A stretch of 64,000 bases of DNA from Folioceros fuciformis (taxonomy: Eukaryota): positions 487,350-551,349 of the forward strand of contig JBNGIO010006379.1 of the NCBI GenBank assembly GCA_049999805.1, in the 5' to 3' direction. Of the stretch, positions 1-13,452 are shown in pieces. Position 1 is the first letter of the stretch. Each line of letters opens with the position of its first letter. Made by a program: the position numbers and the translations under genes. A model generated the notes under the pieces. The model worked only from the letters and a program-made list of their open reading frames with translations. It did no database searches and was not told where the DNA came from.

Positions 1-935
1 ACATACATACATGCATGTAGACATTTCCATGGATAAATATTTATATTAGGTACTTAGAGCTACCTTTCCAACGGTCCATGTTTCTGCCATCGTCGGGCAC
101 TCTAAAAAAAGGAATGACTTGTGGAGTCCAAATAGCTTCTGACGATGAAACATTTGCCCTCCGATGAGCGCCAACATCTGAAACATCTGTGCAGAGCGTA
201 CATGTACTGGAGTTCTGACTGCATCTGGCAGACTGGGAGAGCGCAAACCGAGTGAGTAGGTACGGCCTCCCACCAGCTTCCTTGGAGTGCCCCTTGCAGC
301 CGTTTGTAAGGCTGCTGGAAGTATGTATGTATGTGTTCTAGATTGCCATGGCGACGTACCTTGTGGAACGATGAAGCCGTCGGTATGCCGTAGCTTCAGG
401 GATGTTGTCTGACCGTGTCTAACGTGACGTCCGAGTGGCTCTCCTGATTGGATGCCCAAGTACTGTTCAAAACGGTCTGTGGTCATGCACACAACTTCAC
501 AAGGGCCGGGAGTGGCATGCCATGATGCCGGGATCCAAATTTGTGTGCCAAACTGCCTTTGATGGCAAATCACGAGAGGAAGAGAAATGTGTGCTCGTAC
601 GCCTCATGATTCCAGGGCCTCCGGTTTTCACGAAGGACGCTTCGCTTCATTCCAGCATCCATTGTCATATGAGGGGCTCCAACATTCGAAAATCTGAGAC
701 CCAGACATTAACTTTCATCAAGATACATATGATCGGCCAGAGTACAGATACGGGTGGACGTAATATTTGTGGTGGCACCGATTTGTAGAGCTGCCACCTT
801 GTTGTGATCCTGCAAGACCGACTTTGGTTGCTCGCTTGTTCGGGTGTGGGATGTATGTGGAGTATGTATTGTATGTACCCTCGGAGGTAGAGGAGAGACG
901 ACTTTACATTGCAGCAGCATTGTAGGTGGATCGCA

Positions 936-1588
936 TCACCAGTTCACAAACGAGTACCTTGTGAACAAGTGGCCGTTGAAATGGCCTCGGCCGTCCGTAT
1001 CGATTGCATCGACAGTTGCTTGTTCCAGATCCAACCCCCCCGTTCGCACACCTATCCACTATCCTCACCTTCACGCTGTCACCGGTGTCGTCATTGGTCA
1101 CCTGCAATTCTCAAGTACAGGCACGCACAAGACTCGTAAGAGTACTTCGAAGTTATTACAGAACTAGTCTTGCAGGGCAGCACACAGCGCGAGCTCCTTA
1201 TGGAGAACTCATCAGCCTCAGATTCGATCGACCTCTAGTCTGCACCCGATGTGCAGAGCAGCACATGGCAATGCCACACGTACTCTGAGGCAGAGGTCGA
1301 GGCTCATGGGTCCTCAGCCGATCCGCAGAAAGCGGTCCAGTACAATTTCCGTCTCCACCACAGAGGCTGCCCGAGATCCACGGTGGCGCAGTAGAGCCCA
1401 TCCAGAGTCCAGTTATGACTGGGAGGGTCGTAATCGTTGTAGGTGGTGAAGGTGTGGTCCTGCGACTGCGCTGCATCCGTGGATCCCAGCACCACGCAGA
1501 CAGCGCATAACAGGGCCACGCATATCTTGGCCGCCACCCACCTTGCAGGTTTGCTGCTGCCAATGCTCGGGGCTCCCTGCGTAGCCAT
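936..1588 (-). pseudogene. PR4: Barwin / PR-4 pathogenesis-related protein, frameshifted
   Basis: Signal-peptide-like N-terminus (ICVALLCAVCVVLGS), then TYNDYDPPSHNWTLDGLYCATVDLGQPLWWRRKLYWTAFCG. After a GT-AG intron (about 1282-1102): VTNDDTGDSVKVRIVDRCANGG. Shifting frame at the G7 run (about 1035-1041) gives LDLEQATVDAIDTDGRGHFNGHLFTRYSFVNW*. A second frameshift lies near 1312. Confidence 0.85.
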
Positions 1589-3499
1589 ACTTGCCAAGAA
1601 CGCGCTTGCACATCGATACATATTTGTATCCGGCCAGCACCAAACGAGGAGCACATTCCAAACCAGGCTTCCGCCCGGCGGCCGGCCACCCCCTCTGCTG
1701 CGCTATTTTGTGTCCAGCCGCCTTTCTTCCATCCGCATTCCACGTCGATGACGTAGTTCAACGCATCCCACTTGCTACGTGTGAATTGGCATCTCCACCT
1801 GTCCGATAGCCATTCGATCTGTTGTTTGCGCAGGAAGTTGGCGGCTCCGAGTTAATCTGACTTTAGGTCACTCCCAACCTTGAAGGCGTTTGATGGCTGG
1901 GTTTGTGGCATTGGACACTGGACAGGCCAGCCTGGCCTTTGGGCTTGTCATTTTCCCTGAATAGTGCATCTCCTCACGTAGCCACATGCCCGCTTGATGG
2001 TGGTGGAACCGGCGGCACGTGGGGCTTTGCTCACCCGCTCAAGACCGGCAAGTGGGAAGTTGCGGTATGAGCTGGCGCAAGGCTTGTTAGGGCAGACGCG
2101 TAGAGCAGTAGGGATGGTGAACAGTGGTGCACCGACGACTTCTGTGTACGCGGTGTTCTATGTAGCGCTGGTTTCAATGTCATCAAGGGATTATGTGTAG
2201 CTCATCTGCCGCTCTTGTGACTTGAAGGCGGGGGCCCATGCTGCCTTGTTGCTTGAGCCGCTGCGTGTGTGTTAAGTAGTCGGGCACTTGGGGATGGCTG
2301 CTGAAGTGTCTGATGTTGCTCTCCAGTTGGGTTTGGGATCCCAAGACCAGAAACTTGTGGAAGGTGGGGATGGTGGAGGTTTGTTCTGGGTGCTCTGTTC
2401 ACTGTCCATGCCCCAAGCCAAGACATGGTAGGGCCTATCGGAGGCTCCAGCGACAGGTTTTGCTCAGGACGTTATTGTTCCTTTCCTCTTCCTGTGCTGC
2501 CTGATGATGATCTCTGATAACAGCCTCACAGAAACTGGGCTCATTGAGGGTGACAGTGTCCGAGAAGTTGTTATCAGAGACCATCAAAGGGTTGGATGAT
2601 TTTGTGATCTGTTTGTGCCTAGGGTGCTGCGGAAATGAAGTGAGGTCAAGAGCGTTCTCCTTCGGCATGTTGACGTTGTCAAATCAACCGCATTCTGAGG
2701 ACCTCTTCCTTGGGATGCCTGCGACCTCGGAATTGCGTCAAGGAGTTATCTGATTTGTCACGTGGATGGGAGCTTGCCGGTGCTGATGTTACTCCATAGC
2801 AGATCGCCATAAGAAGCCTCTGTGCTCTTTGAGCGCAAGTTGTTAGCACCATTATGCTCTGTCCAGTGATCGGAATGATCTATTTGTACTTAGAACATTT
2901 TCCATCCTGATGGGTTGGTGGGGTGATGCACGCTGCACTTCCAGGTCATAGCTTTTGTTTACGTGGCGGAATAAGCGAGTGAGGGCCATCCTTGCCAAAG
3001 ATCAGTTGTGTGTTAATAGTGTTGTACTTTCAGTGAGTAGTGTGCTGCCTAGTAGAAAACTGTTGTACTTTTAGTGTGTGTGTGAAGGTCTGTTAAGAGA
3101 CCTTCGTCCTGTTCTTTCTGATGACAAGGAGGGAGAGAAAATAAGAGCACTTTAGGGCGTAGCGTTGGCCATCGCCAAGGACTCGTATAGTTTAAGTTGC
3201 ATCTCCATCAAGGCGGGCGAATGGAACCCAGGAAGGGCAGTGGTGCATTGATCTGACAAACTTCAGAACGCGCAGGCTCGACTGAATGTTGCGTTGCGCC
3301 CTGGTGCAGGGACCAAAGGAACCACCGGGCTATCCAAGTGAAGTAATTATGAGGCCAAGTCGTTCACCCACCCTACTGCCCGACCACGACTGCCCAGCCT
3401 GGCGTAGATAGAGTATGGCAGTAGATAGAGTATGGCAGTCAGTGGGACTAAACGCCGCACCGAAGCAGCATTCTATGAAACTGAATACGAGACTTGGAC

Positions 3500-3704
3500 T
3501 GTTAAAAACAGAGTCCCAAGATCAATCTTTGTTTCAATATATTTAGATTAATAGCATATACATACATATATAACCTTCAAACATGATAATATCTCGTTAT
3601 GGATAAATAATATCTCAAACATGGTATTATTCTATATATCTTGGGATATACTTACAACATTCTAGTCTACATGTGTTGTTACAAAATCCTATATATTTCT
3701 AACA
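3500..3704 (-). repeat. 3' LTR of Copia 1
   Basis: tgtt...aaca termini, abuts the PPT, and its first ~110 bp align with 7331-7440. Confidence 0.85.
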
Positions 3705-6700
3705 CTCCCACTCAACACATCGATGATCTAACCTATAAATCTTGCTCAATTAACCCTAACATCTTGCTAAACTTCATATGCTTCTCTAAGGCTAGACCTT
3801 TGGTAAGAACATGAGCTAGCATGTTCTCTGTATGATAGTAAGCTCATTCTATTTCTTTAGATTGGACTTTCTCCCTAATGAAATGATGCTTAACTTCAAT
3901 GCATTTCGTCCTTGCATGAAAAATAGCATTCTTGGCCAAATGAATGCAGCTTTGATTGTCATTGAAGATGAAAGTCGCTCCCTTCTGCTTGAATCCCTTC
4001 TATGAGGTTCCTCTTAGTTGAGTTTAAAAGTTCCATATTGTTGCTAGCAATGATCAAGTCATCCACGTACACAGCAATGATAACAATCGATTCTCCCACT
4101 TGCTTCACATATATATTCCAATCAGCACTAGTTCTCTTGAATTCTTTAGACTGTAAGTGATTATCGAGCTTACGATACCAAGCAAGGGCATATTGTTTAA
4201 GACCGGAAAGAGCCTTCTGCAGCTTACAAACTTCGCCTTCTTGTCCTGGTACCTCAAACCCTTCTGGTTGTTCCATATATATTTCTTCATCTAGATCCTC
4301 ATTTAAAAAAACGGTATGGACATCCATATGATGTATCTCCATATTGAACGCAGCTATGATAGCGAGAAGGGCTCGGATAGATGCTATCTTAGCAACAGAA
4401 GAGAAAGTGTTGGTATAGTCCACCCCGAGGACTTGTGTATACCCTTTCCCTACTAACCTCGCCTTGTGTCGTTCTATGCTACCGTCGGCCTTTGGCTTAA
4501 TCTTGAAGGTCTATTTAGACCCTATGCTTTTTCTTCCAGGAGGTAGAGGAGTGATTGTCCATGTTTTATTTTTGATAAGTGAGTTGTACTCACTGTCCAC
4601 AGCTTTTCTCCATTCCTTTGCTTTTGGACCTTGTAACGTTTCTGTCAGGCTTTGGGGTTCTTCAACATCTATAAAACATGCTAGCTCCTCCTATACACAT
4701 CCATTGATGGAGTCTAAAAGCTTTTGTGAAGGTTTTCTTTCTCTAGTTGATCTTAAGATTGGTTGCGTCTCTGGAATACTTAGTTTTGCATTGTCATTTT
4801 CAACTGCAACAATTCCTAGAGGTGCATCCGCTTCTTCCATTGCAATGACAGTAGGAGTGTCTCTCTTTCCCCCCTCTATGTCAGAAAGTTGAGAAGGCGC
4901 AACAGGCAATGGGGTAAATTGTCCAAGACTGTCATGAGCTATAGAATCCCCAGTATGGTCTGTGTCAGACGACAGGGAATCTTGCGAGATGAAGGGTGAG
5001 GAAGTGGTGTCTCCCATTCCACTAGTAGGTTTGGCGACCTCATGAAAGACAACATCCCGGCTAAAAAAGACCTTCTTCGTAGTAAGATTGTATAACCTAT
5101 AGCCTTTCACTACATCTGAGCCAAGCAGGAGACACTTCGTTCCATTAGCATCCCATTTGGTCAGGCTCTCCTTCGGGATACGAGTGTAGACCACAGAACT
5201 GAAAACCTTCAACTGTCGGATATCAGGTTTTATACCAGACCAAGCTTCCTCTGGTGTCATACTAGGTACAGCCTTTGTCGGAACTCTATTCAACACATAG
5301 GTTGTTGTCATGACAGCCTCTCCCCAAAAGTTGACCTGCAAGTCGCTGTGAAACAACATACACTTGGCTGCTTCCACAAGGCTCCGTATCTTCCGCTTCG
5401 CGACTCCATTTTGCTGCGGGGTGTGCGGAATCGTGAGTTGCCGTTTGATGCTGTTTTCCTTACAAAAACTTTGGAATTGAGAAGAAACATATTCTCCTCC
5501 ATTGTCGCTCCGAAGCATCTTAAGGCATTCAGCACGTTCGGTCTCCACGAAAGGTAAGTCCACGTCTTCCTTATAAAATCATCAACAAAGATGAGCATGT
5601 AGCGATTCCCACCCTGTGTAGGGTTCCACATGGGTCCGCTCATGTCAGTGTGGACTAATTCCAGCGTCTTCTGCGCACGATGTGTCGCAGCTTTAGGAAA
5701 CTTTGTGTGATTTAGCTTCCCCATCTAACATCCTGGACACAATTGTTTTGCAGTAATCTCCTTCAAATCTAATCCTATCACCATGTTATGAGTCATCATC
5801 TGCTTGAGTTTGTCCACTCCGATGTGGCCCAAACGCTAATGCCATAAATCGATAGACTCTACGTGGTTGTGTGAACTAGCCAGGAACGTATAAGCTTGCT
5901 TTCTCATTGAAACACAAAGTTTGTACAGATTTCCCACACGAACACCACGAGCAACCACATATGACAGCTCAAGCTGTAGGCTGAATGCGACAACCTGTGG
6001 AGTTGAAGACTATTTCATGACCTGCATCTGCAATCCGCGCAACAGAAAGAAGATTTCTCGCGAGATTAGGTACATGATGCACATTCTCAATACTTGCGGG
6101 GTTACCGCCTTGCAACTGAATGTGTAAGACTCCTTTCCCCTCGATATCATGTGACGTATTGTCACCGAGTGCCACTACATGGCCCTTTGAGAATCTAGTG
6201 TAGCCAGTGAACCCTGGAAGGTAGTAACTGAAGTGCTGAGATGCACCAGAGTCAAGATAAAGATTCTCATCCTTCGTCGATGAAGTAGCTCCATTGCTAG
6301 CCACGAACGATTGTTCTTGTTGAGGTTGCTGACTCACTTGATTGGCTTGAGAGGATTTCTCCTTCTTCGACTCGTCTGCCAACCTAGTTCTACATTCTTT
6401 GGCGTGATGACCTGGCTTCCTGCAATAATAGCAAGATTCTTTCATTATACGGGTCGTACCATCCTTCTTCTTCTCGTCTGTAGACTTGGACTCGTCCTTA
6501 GACTTGAACTTTGCCTTTCTTGGTGAAAAGGATGGCATCATCAGTCTTCTCTTTCTTGTTTGAAAACTCCAATTCCTCCTGCAAAAGCAATCCGACCACC
6601 TCATCCAACGACGGCGGTTTGTGGCTTGATTGCATCGCGACCGTTAGTTTGAAGGCCGACACAAATGGCTTGTAGGTTGGTGGTAAGCTACACAACAACA

Positions 6701-7330
6701 CCACGAGGATCCTTTCCTCGGTCGGTTTGATGTTCATCGCCTTCATCTGGTCCACTAAGGTCTTTAATTTGTTGACATGTTGCTGGATGGTGTTGCCTGC
6801 GGCCATCGTGAAGTTCGCAAGTTGTTGTTTCAACAGCATCGGACTTACCATATTTTTCTTTTCGTATCTATTGCAGAGCGTGATCCAAGCTTCTTGTAAC
6901 GTTGCGCATTCGCTCAATTGAGAGAGAACATCATCTGAGACATTCAACAAGATTGTTGCCAACGCTCATCCATCTTTGTCGAGGTCTTTCTCTGTGAGTG
7001 CAACATCGAGATCCTTGTCAGCAAACTTCCATACTCCCTCCTTGATAAGAAGGATCTTCAGCTTCCATAAGGTGAAGTTTTCCCTTCAAACTTCTCCACC
7101 ACACGAGTTTCGAGAAGACGTGTCTCCATGTTCTCATCCTTTGCGGCCAAACAGGATGACTTCCCTGCACTAGCGCCAAGCTTCACCTACTTGCATAAGG
7201 TCTTACAACAGACATATAATCTGCATGGCTCTGTACACAACACAAAGGGAGCAAAGATAGTCCTACACAAGTCAATGCAGGCGACTCCCAAACCAAGGAA
7301 CTTGGGACTAAAACATGGGCTCCGATACCA

Positions 7331-7440
7331 TGTTAAAAACAATGAGTCCCAAGATCAATCTATGTTTCTAGGACATTTAGATTGACAGCATTTACATACA
7401 TATATAGCCTTCAAGCATGACAATACTTCATTATGGATAG
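7331..7440 (-). repeat. Truncated 5' LTR of Copia 1
   Basis: tgttaaaaacaatgagtcccaagatcaatc... matches 3500 onward and lies directly beside the Met-tRNA PBS; similarity stops at about 7440. Confidence 0.8.
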
Positions 7441-7838
7441 ACTTGTTGCTTGTTGTTCAACCCCGTCTCCAATCCAACTGTAAATTGCCCTTACAGGTTG
7501 AGGGTGGATGATGAGGACCCGAACTTCTTCGTAGAAGCCAGAACATGCCTACAGGAGGCTGTTCAGAGAAGGTCAGAGCAACAACACTGCACATGAGCGA
7601 AGCGAAGATGAAAATGCCATTGAGGCTTTGGCTGTTGCGCACCAATGTTGCACCATACTCCACCCGATACACGTGCAAAAATTGAGCCCCTGCACGACAT
7701 AGTCAGGATGCTGGATAAAATTTCTCGGCAACCTCAGTAGTGCAGCCCAATTGCCAACCTCAACTGATTCCCTTGACATACTGCTCCATACAGCTCCAGT
7801 ATGTCCTGGGCTAAGCAGAGTAGTCCAACTCTGCCCCA

Positions 7839-8097
7839 GGTTGTTAGCTCCATGATGGCACCGACAATATCGCCGCCAGTGGACTTGGGCATGTTACAGC
7901 CCTCGCCCTGGAAACGCCGGCCTGCGTATCACCAATTCAATATCCTTGGGCTCCACGTCGGTCTCGTCCACCTCCTGCTCTTTTGCATCCAAGGAGGATG
8001 GTGCCTCGGCCTTGTGGACCTCCAAACGCCAACTATCTGGAGCCTTGAACTGCTCGGCAGCTTGCGACTGCAGCTGCGAGCTGAAGTCCTCATTGTC
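7839..8097 (-). pseudogene. NACA: Nascent polypeptide-associated complex alpha subunit, 3' fragment (UBA end)
   Basis: EDFSSQLQSQAAEQFKAPD...EQEVDETDVEPKDIELV / TQAGVSRARAV / KSTGGDIVGAIMELTT, needing two frameshifts. No NAC domain or start codon upstream. Confidence 0.85.
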
Positions 8098-8352
8098 CTA
8101 AATGAGACCTGCGCGTGGTTCGGGTATGCCTCAGTGCTCGATATATTGGCCGGGGGAATGGAGGGATCCGATTGCGTGTCAAGCCACGTGTACAAGTAAG
8201 CACGCGCTGTGTGTTTGATGGATCAAACTTCGTCCCGACGAAGAATCTCACCAAGTATGCAAGCGCACTTCGAAGTACATGAGCCCCAGAATTCGCCAGG
8301 GACACCCATCAATACTTTGGGGACATCAATGGCTTGTGCTCCTGGTGGTAAT

Positions 8353-10015
8353 CTACTTCTTGCCGACAATTCTACCGGCCTCGTAAAAGTAGCTCAGCAC
8401 CACAACCGCAACCGCAGTCAGGACTCCGAACCCGGCCTGCCCTAAAACGACAGATGGGCTCACAGTGTCCCCAGAGCGAGCCTGTCCAGCAAAGGCTGGT
8501 GATGTATCCTTGCAGCCGAGCTCAGAGAGTTTCTTGTGGGAAACGGCGTAGTCTCTGAAGAACGCCTCCTCGTCCTAAACCAGGCAAGCATCAGAGGGAA
8601 TAGCTACGGGACCTCTCACCTCATGGAAAAGTTGGTGGATGAGAGACCTACCTTGGCATACAGCACTACAAATGCTCTGAAAGCGGAATCCTCAACTAGG
8701 CTTTTGTCGGTGGGTAGCTGTAGCAACTCCGCTGTCTCCCCATCAAGCAGTTCTCTGTGCAGATAAGGCCGAAGGCGTTATCATCTTAGAATTCATGCCC
8801 TGCACCAACTACTCCTTGGGAAGTGAGCACTGGCTTACTGGAAGTAACTGTTGTCAAACTTCAGAGGCTGCTCAGTCCAAGGTCCTTCGAACCCTGATCG
8901 GTCTTTGTGGGCTCTTCCCTGGACACACGGGACAAGATCGTTGATGCCTTAGACTCGCAGCCAGAACCAAAACCACTTCCTCGGCCAGACTACCAAGGAG
9001 AAACGACCAGCCTTCTTACGAGGGTATGAGCTCCCGAAAGTGCCACAATATCCTGATCACCAAGACCCATTCTGTAGAAAACATCCCGCAGATGCGTGGA
9101 ACCTGTAACGGACACGAGCTCGACGGCGTTCACAAGTCTGCTCACGGTGAAGAACTGACATGACCGCAGGCTGCAAAAGCGAAAACTACCTTCTGTTGCA
9201 TTGGGAAGCCGGCCCTCGGGTGGTACAGCAAGCGAGTCCTGGAAAGCGAGAATTTGTGAGAAGGGCAAGCTGGTGCACGTCTAGCACAAGCTACAAGTTT
9301 GGTCATCATAGCTTGCTTACCCTGCGGCCATAGGCAAAATCGATTGTCGGACCCCCGGTTACCTCCACAGCCACCACCCCAGCTAGCTGCAGCAAAAGCC
9401 AACATCATACGATACGGATGAAGCAACCGTAATTTGTCGGCCAACGATCCGAGGACAGAAAAAATCAGTACGGTCAGCAATTCCATGCCTGATAGATATC
9501 GGCATAAGTGAGATTTGGGTACTTCCTCTTCACTTGCTCTGCAATAGCAACATCCCACCATCCACTCACGAGCTGAGCACCCGTTTCGGCGGACATTACA
9601 ATGAAGACGATCCTCGCAAAATTGCAAAGCCTCAAAAGTCGTTACCGCAGAAATCGATGGCGATCTTGAGCCCGTTATTGGCTCCGTGCGTGTACTCTCG
9701 CTCACTCCGGATAGAGCCATTCGGGCCGCCAGTCTTGGTCTTGACATCGTAAGTTCCCGCATCGTGCCACCTACCAAGCAACGCAATCTCAATTGCCAGC
9801 GGACAACTCCACTAAACCTAGCCAGAATTCCGAATGCGCGCCCGCAGCCAACCCCTAAGCCACACTACGAGACGTGAGCCATCCCTGGCACAAGCCACTC
9901 ACGCTAAACGGAGCATAATGGGAGCACAATTCTTCTCGGCAATGAAAGCCCGCAGGTCACGACGAGCCCACTCGATGGCCTTCCTGTACGCATCGTCCAC
10001 GACCGGAGCTGGCAT
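8353..10015 (-). CDS. APX3: Peroxisomal (membrane-anchored) ascorbate peroxidase, multi-exon
   Basis: Spliced: [15 protein letters not shown]...[10 protein letters not shown] / [19 protein letters not shown]...[11 protein letters not shown] / [15 protein letters not shown]...FDNSYF...[10 protein letters not shown]...[10 protein letters not shown]-terminal TM plus basic tail [26 protein letters not shown]. Confidence 0.95.
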
Positions 10016-10421
10016 CTTGGCGAGTCGTGCAAACGGGCAACCCGCCTTGAGGAGAATCGCCACTTCTGCTCCGCGCTCGGACTACCGCTCTCACCTCCAC
10101 ACCGGTGCACAGTCCAGGCCACTCGATGCTATCCTGGTGGTCCTGGAGAGAGACCAAATTCCGCCGTACGCAAAGCGAGAGATCAGCAACATATTAGCAC
10201 CGCCGAGAGAGCAGGCTTATCATAAACCGATCGCGGCGGCATCAGCGGGAACGGCGGCACACTAAGCAAGGGACGAGCGACATTTTGTGTAGTTTTGATT
10301 ATAAATCCGGTAGGAATTCGTGACCGTAGCGTTCCGTATTCAGATGCAGCCCGTACCGTTGTTGGGGCCATGGTCCATTAATTCATACCGTCTGTACACC
10401 TACACGGGAATATATTAAGGG

Positions 10422-11776
10422 TTAGCCAAATTGGCTGAAGTTGCTTGCGAAGGAGTCAATGATAAGTTGGTAGCCATCTGGGACAGGGCTCCCAGTGCGG
10501 ACTGCCTCAGCCAACTGAGGAACATCCGTATTCACATCCAGGTAGTTTGATAGCAGGAGCAGCAGGTGGAAGTCGGAGATTTTCTTCACATACGGTAAGC
10601 TTTTGTTTCGGTCCATATGAGCCTTCAAGGACTGTAAGGTGGGAGTCGGTAACCTGTTCTCGACTGGAAATGAGCATGACAGCGCTCCCTGTAAGACAGA
10701 CCATATCCCAGAGCAGGTTGTGAGAGGACGAGCCTGCAACAGACCTTCAGCTAAGTGTAAGGAGGAACAGGAAATCAGCGGACTGTGTGGGAAAAACCAA
10801 CCTGATGATCGAGAATTTTGACAGGAACAAGGAAAAAGTCGTTGTCTACATCACGAGTGTCCTTCCCCGCTATGACGACGTCCTTCTTCATCCTTGTGTT
10901 CTTGGCATCCACCCCTTGAACTGCATCATCGAACCAGTTCTCCCTAAACAGCTTCACACACTGGTCACTCAGCTGGAATGCTTCGAAGTGCACATCAGGT
11001 GCGCCCTCCTCGTTGACTTCCAACTTGACGATGGCCGTTGCCCAGCCTGGGAGGCTACTTTCAGCGTGCAATTCAACAGCCTGCCGCACTTCTCCGTTGG
11101 AGAGGGTGTAATCCCGTTTGTTCTGACTCACGGTCTGGGTAAAGATAAACCCTAAACGTTGCATCCCCAGACCGGCTGCGATAGTGTCTGCATGCCTTTC
11201 CTCCTCGGGATCCCTGAGCAACAGCAGGCTATCCTCGCTACCTTGCTGCGGTGGTTCGTATATGAACTCCACGGACATATCACCTCCCTGGCTCACAGTT
11301 CCGTACATGAACCCTCCCCGCTTGATCGAGAAAGCGAGGCTTTCGTGCACATAATGCTGAAAGGAATTGGCAGCATCCCGGTCAAAGGACAGGGAGGAGC
11401 AATGCGGCTTCTCTTGCCTCTCAATCCGGGTCTGCCGGGCTATCAGATCATCCATTGTCATCTTCTTGCCGAAGATGCCAGCAGGACTGACAGTCGGCCC
11501 CACGACCACCCGCTCCCCGCTGTAGTACAGAAACACGATGGCTCCATTCGCAATTCCCAAGGATGCAAGGGAAGCCGACTTATCCGCCAGATCCTTATGC
11601 TCAGCAGCTGAATCTAAGTCTTTGGACAGCAAAAGGGCCTGATTTCTTGAGATGATCTGGCTGGAGACAGGAACCTTCAAATTCTCTGCAATGGCATTTT
11701 GCAGATCGTGCACAGCGGCAGTCGAATCCAAGCTCACCCGCTCCAAACCATCGCGAGACCTTATCCTAATCAACAT
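10422..11776 (-). CDS. NPL4: NPL4-like protein (CDC48/UFD1 cofactor), 2 exons (11776-10802, 10688-10422)
   Basis: MLIRIRSRDGLERV ubiquitin-like N-terminus; IKRGGFMYG, FIYEPPQQG, GFIFTQ, VHFEAFQLSDQCV, DNDFFLVPVKILDHQ / GALSCSFPVENR, ISDFHLLL. Confidence 0.93.
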
Positions 11777-13452
11777 CCTGTACCCCCGAGCAGCTCCNNN
11801 NNNNNNNNNNNNNNNNNNNNNNNNNNNNNNNNNNNNNNNNNNNNNNNNNNNNNNNNNNNNNNNNNNNNNNNNNNNNNNNNNNNNNNNNNNNNNNNNNACA
11901 CCACCCCTCAAGCAAAGCCCTAATCCGAAGGAAACACCTCGTGCGAGGCAGCTCTGCAATCCGCTAACACCACGCGAAATACATACCGGTTCCTACTTCT
12001 AACAAAAATAAATTCTTCCCGAGACCGACACAAGCATTTTCTCCATCCTTTACCAAAGGAAACAATTGAAGTAATTTTTTTATTATAAATGTACTAAGAA
12101 GCTGTGCCATAAGCTAACACAATGCTAAATACCGGCCAGTATCACCTCATACATAGACCTTCTACCCAGTAAAATAGATTGTTCCTGAAATTAATGATTT
12201 TTTCCTTCTTTAAATATTTATTTATATTTTTTGATAGAATTCATGTAGTATTTTATATCAAATTAAATTTTTTTTAAGGAGAAAAAAATTATTTACCCAT
12301 CACAAATAGTAAGTCATTGGACTAAACCACATTATCACTAATCTTGTTATCATCCTGTGTATTAGATATCAAATTAAGGACATACCCACCCTAAAGATAT
12401 CCATTGGGCTTAGTGTTGTCTCATAGGTTGCATAGGTGGACACACACTCCAAGACAATGAACAGCCAAATACACAAAAGAGGAAACTAATGACTGTAGCG
12501 AATATGGGATATGGGATAAAAATCTACTTCTCTTTGTAAGGAAAGAAACCCAAAACCTTCCTCCTTGGCCTAAAAAATATACTTGCCGTTCTTATGAAGT
12601 CTGCGTACATTCAAAGCTATGATGGAGCCCCCACATGCACTTTGTGCATCGGTGTGAGGCTCAAGGCACATCCATTTCCGACCAACCAATCACCTTGTGG
12701 AGGGCCTTCTTCGTCGTATGCAACACTTGCACTTCCTCTCCTTTCTAGCCTCAGTTGCGCTTTCTAAACCCTTTCTAATGCGTGACATGTTTGGCTTACC
12801 AATCCTTTGCAACTCGCCTCTAAAGTTTGGGCTCAGAGCGTCGGGCGCTGAATCATGGGTAATGAAATCGGAGGAGCTGCTGTGAAGCTTTGCGACTCGG
12901 TTTACGGGGTTACGTGCGAATGCCTGGGGACATGAACAAACTTTGCGGTGCGGAACCGGAGGTGGACACACGCGTATCCTTCCTTTGGCTTTTGGGGCAT
13001 GGGATTCTCATCAAAGGTTCCGCTCCTCAGTCCGACAGAGGCAACAAACTCCTGTATAACCCTGCTAGAAAAATAAGGGAGTATCTCCACGGACTGAAAC
13101 CCAAGACAACTTATCTTGGTCGACTGGTCACAATCATGCAGTCAGTACAGGATGTGAAGGCAAGAGAGAGCAGTGGAGATCAGTGCGCAGCAGGCGGCGG
13201 GGGATCTACCCGGCTGCCTCAAGGTTGTTGGGCGCCCACGCTTCTACCCAGTTGCCGGAAGGTTGTTGGGTGCCCACGTCTCTTTAGTCTTCGCGACTGA
13301 GCGCATTGAAAGAACTACCGTTCTTAGACTTACTGAGTTACGTACGCGAGAAGGGGCCTCCTTGGCGTCGCAGCTGTGCTCGACCAGTGCACGCTGCGGA
13401 CGGGCTCTGAGGTAGTCTGGGAGGTGTAGAAGGAAAGAGTTGAGGACGGAAG

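Larger units (their letters stand above)
3500..7440 (-). mobile_element. Ty1/Copia LTR retrotransposon, decayed and internally deleted
   Basis: gag (6498-6962), CCHC knuckle CYYCRKPGHHAKEC, protease LYLDSGASQH, integrase LVHTDMSGPM / LRSDNGGEY / TPQQNGVA, RT YVDDL, RNase H tail. PBS tggtatcggagc at 7330-7319; PPT ttgagtgggag next to the 3' LTR. Stops and frameshifts present; RT jumps to the RNase H end near 4000. Confidence 0.95.

Noticed and set aside
12690-13300. ORFs upstream of CBR1
   Set aside because: Non-ATG starts and no recognisable motif; probably promoter or decayed sequence.
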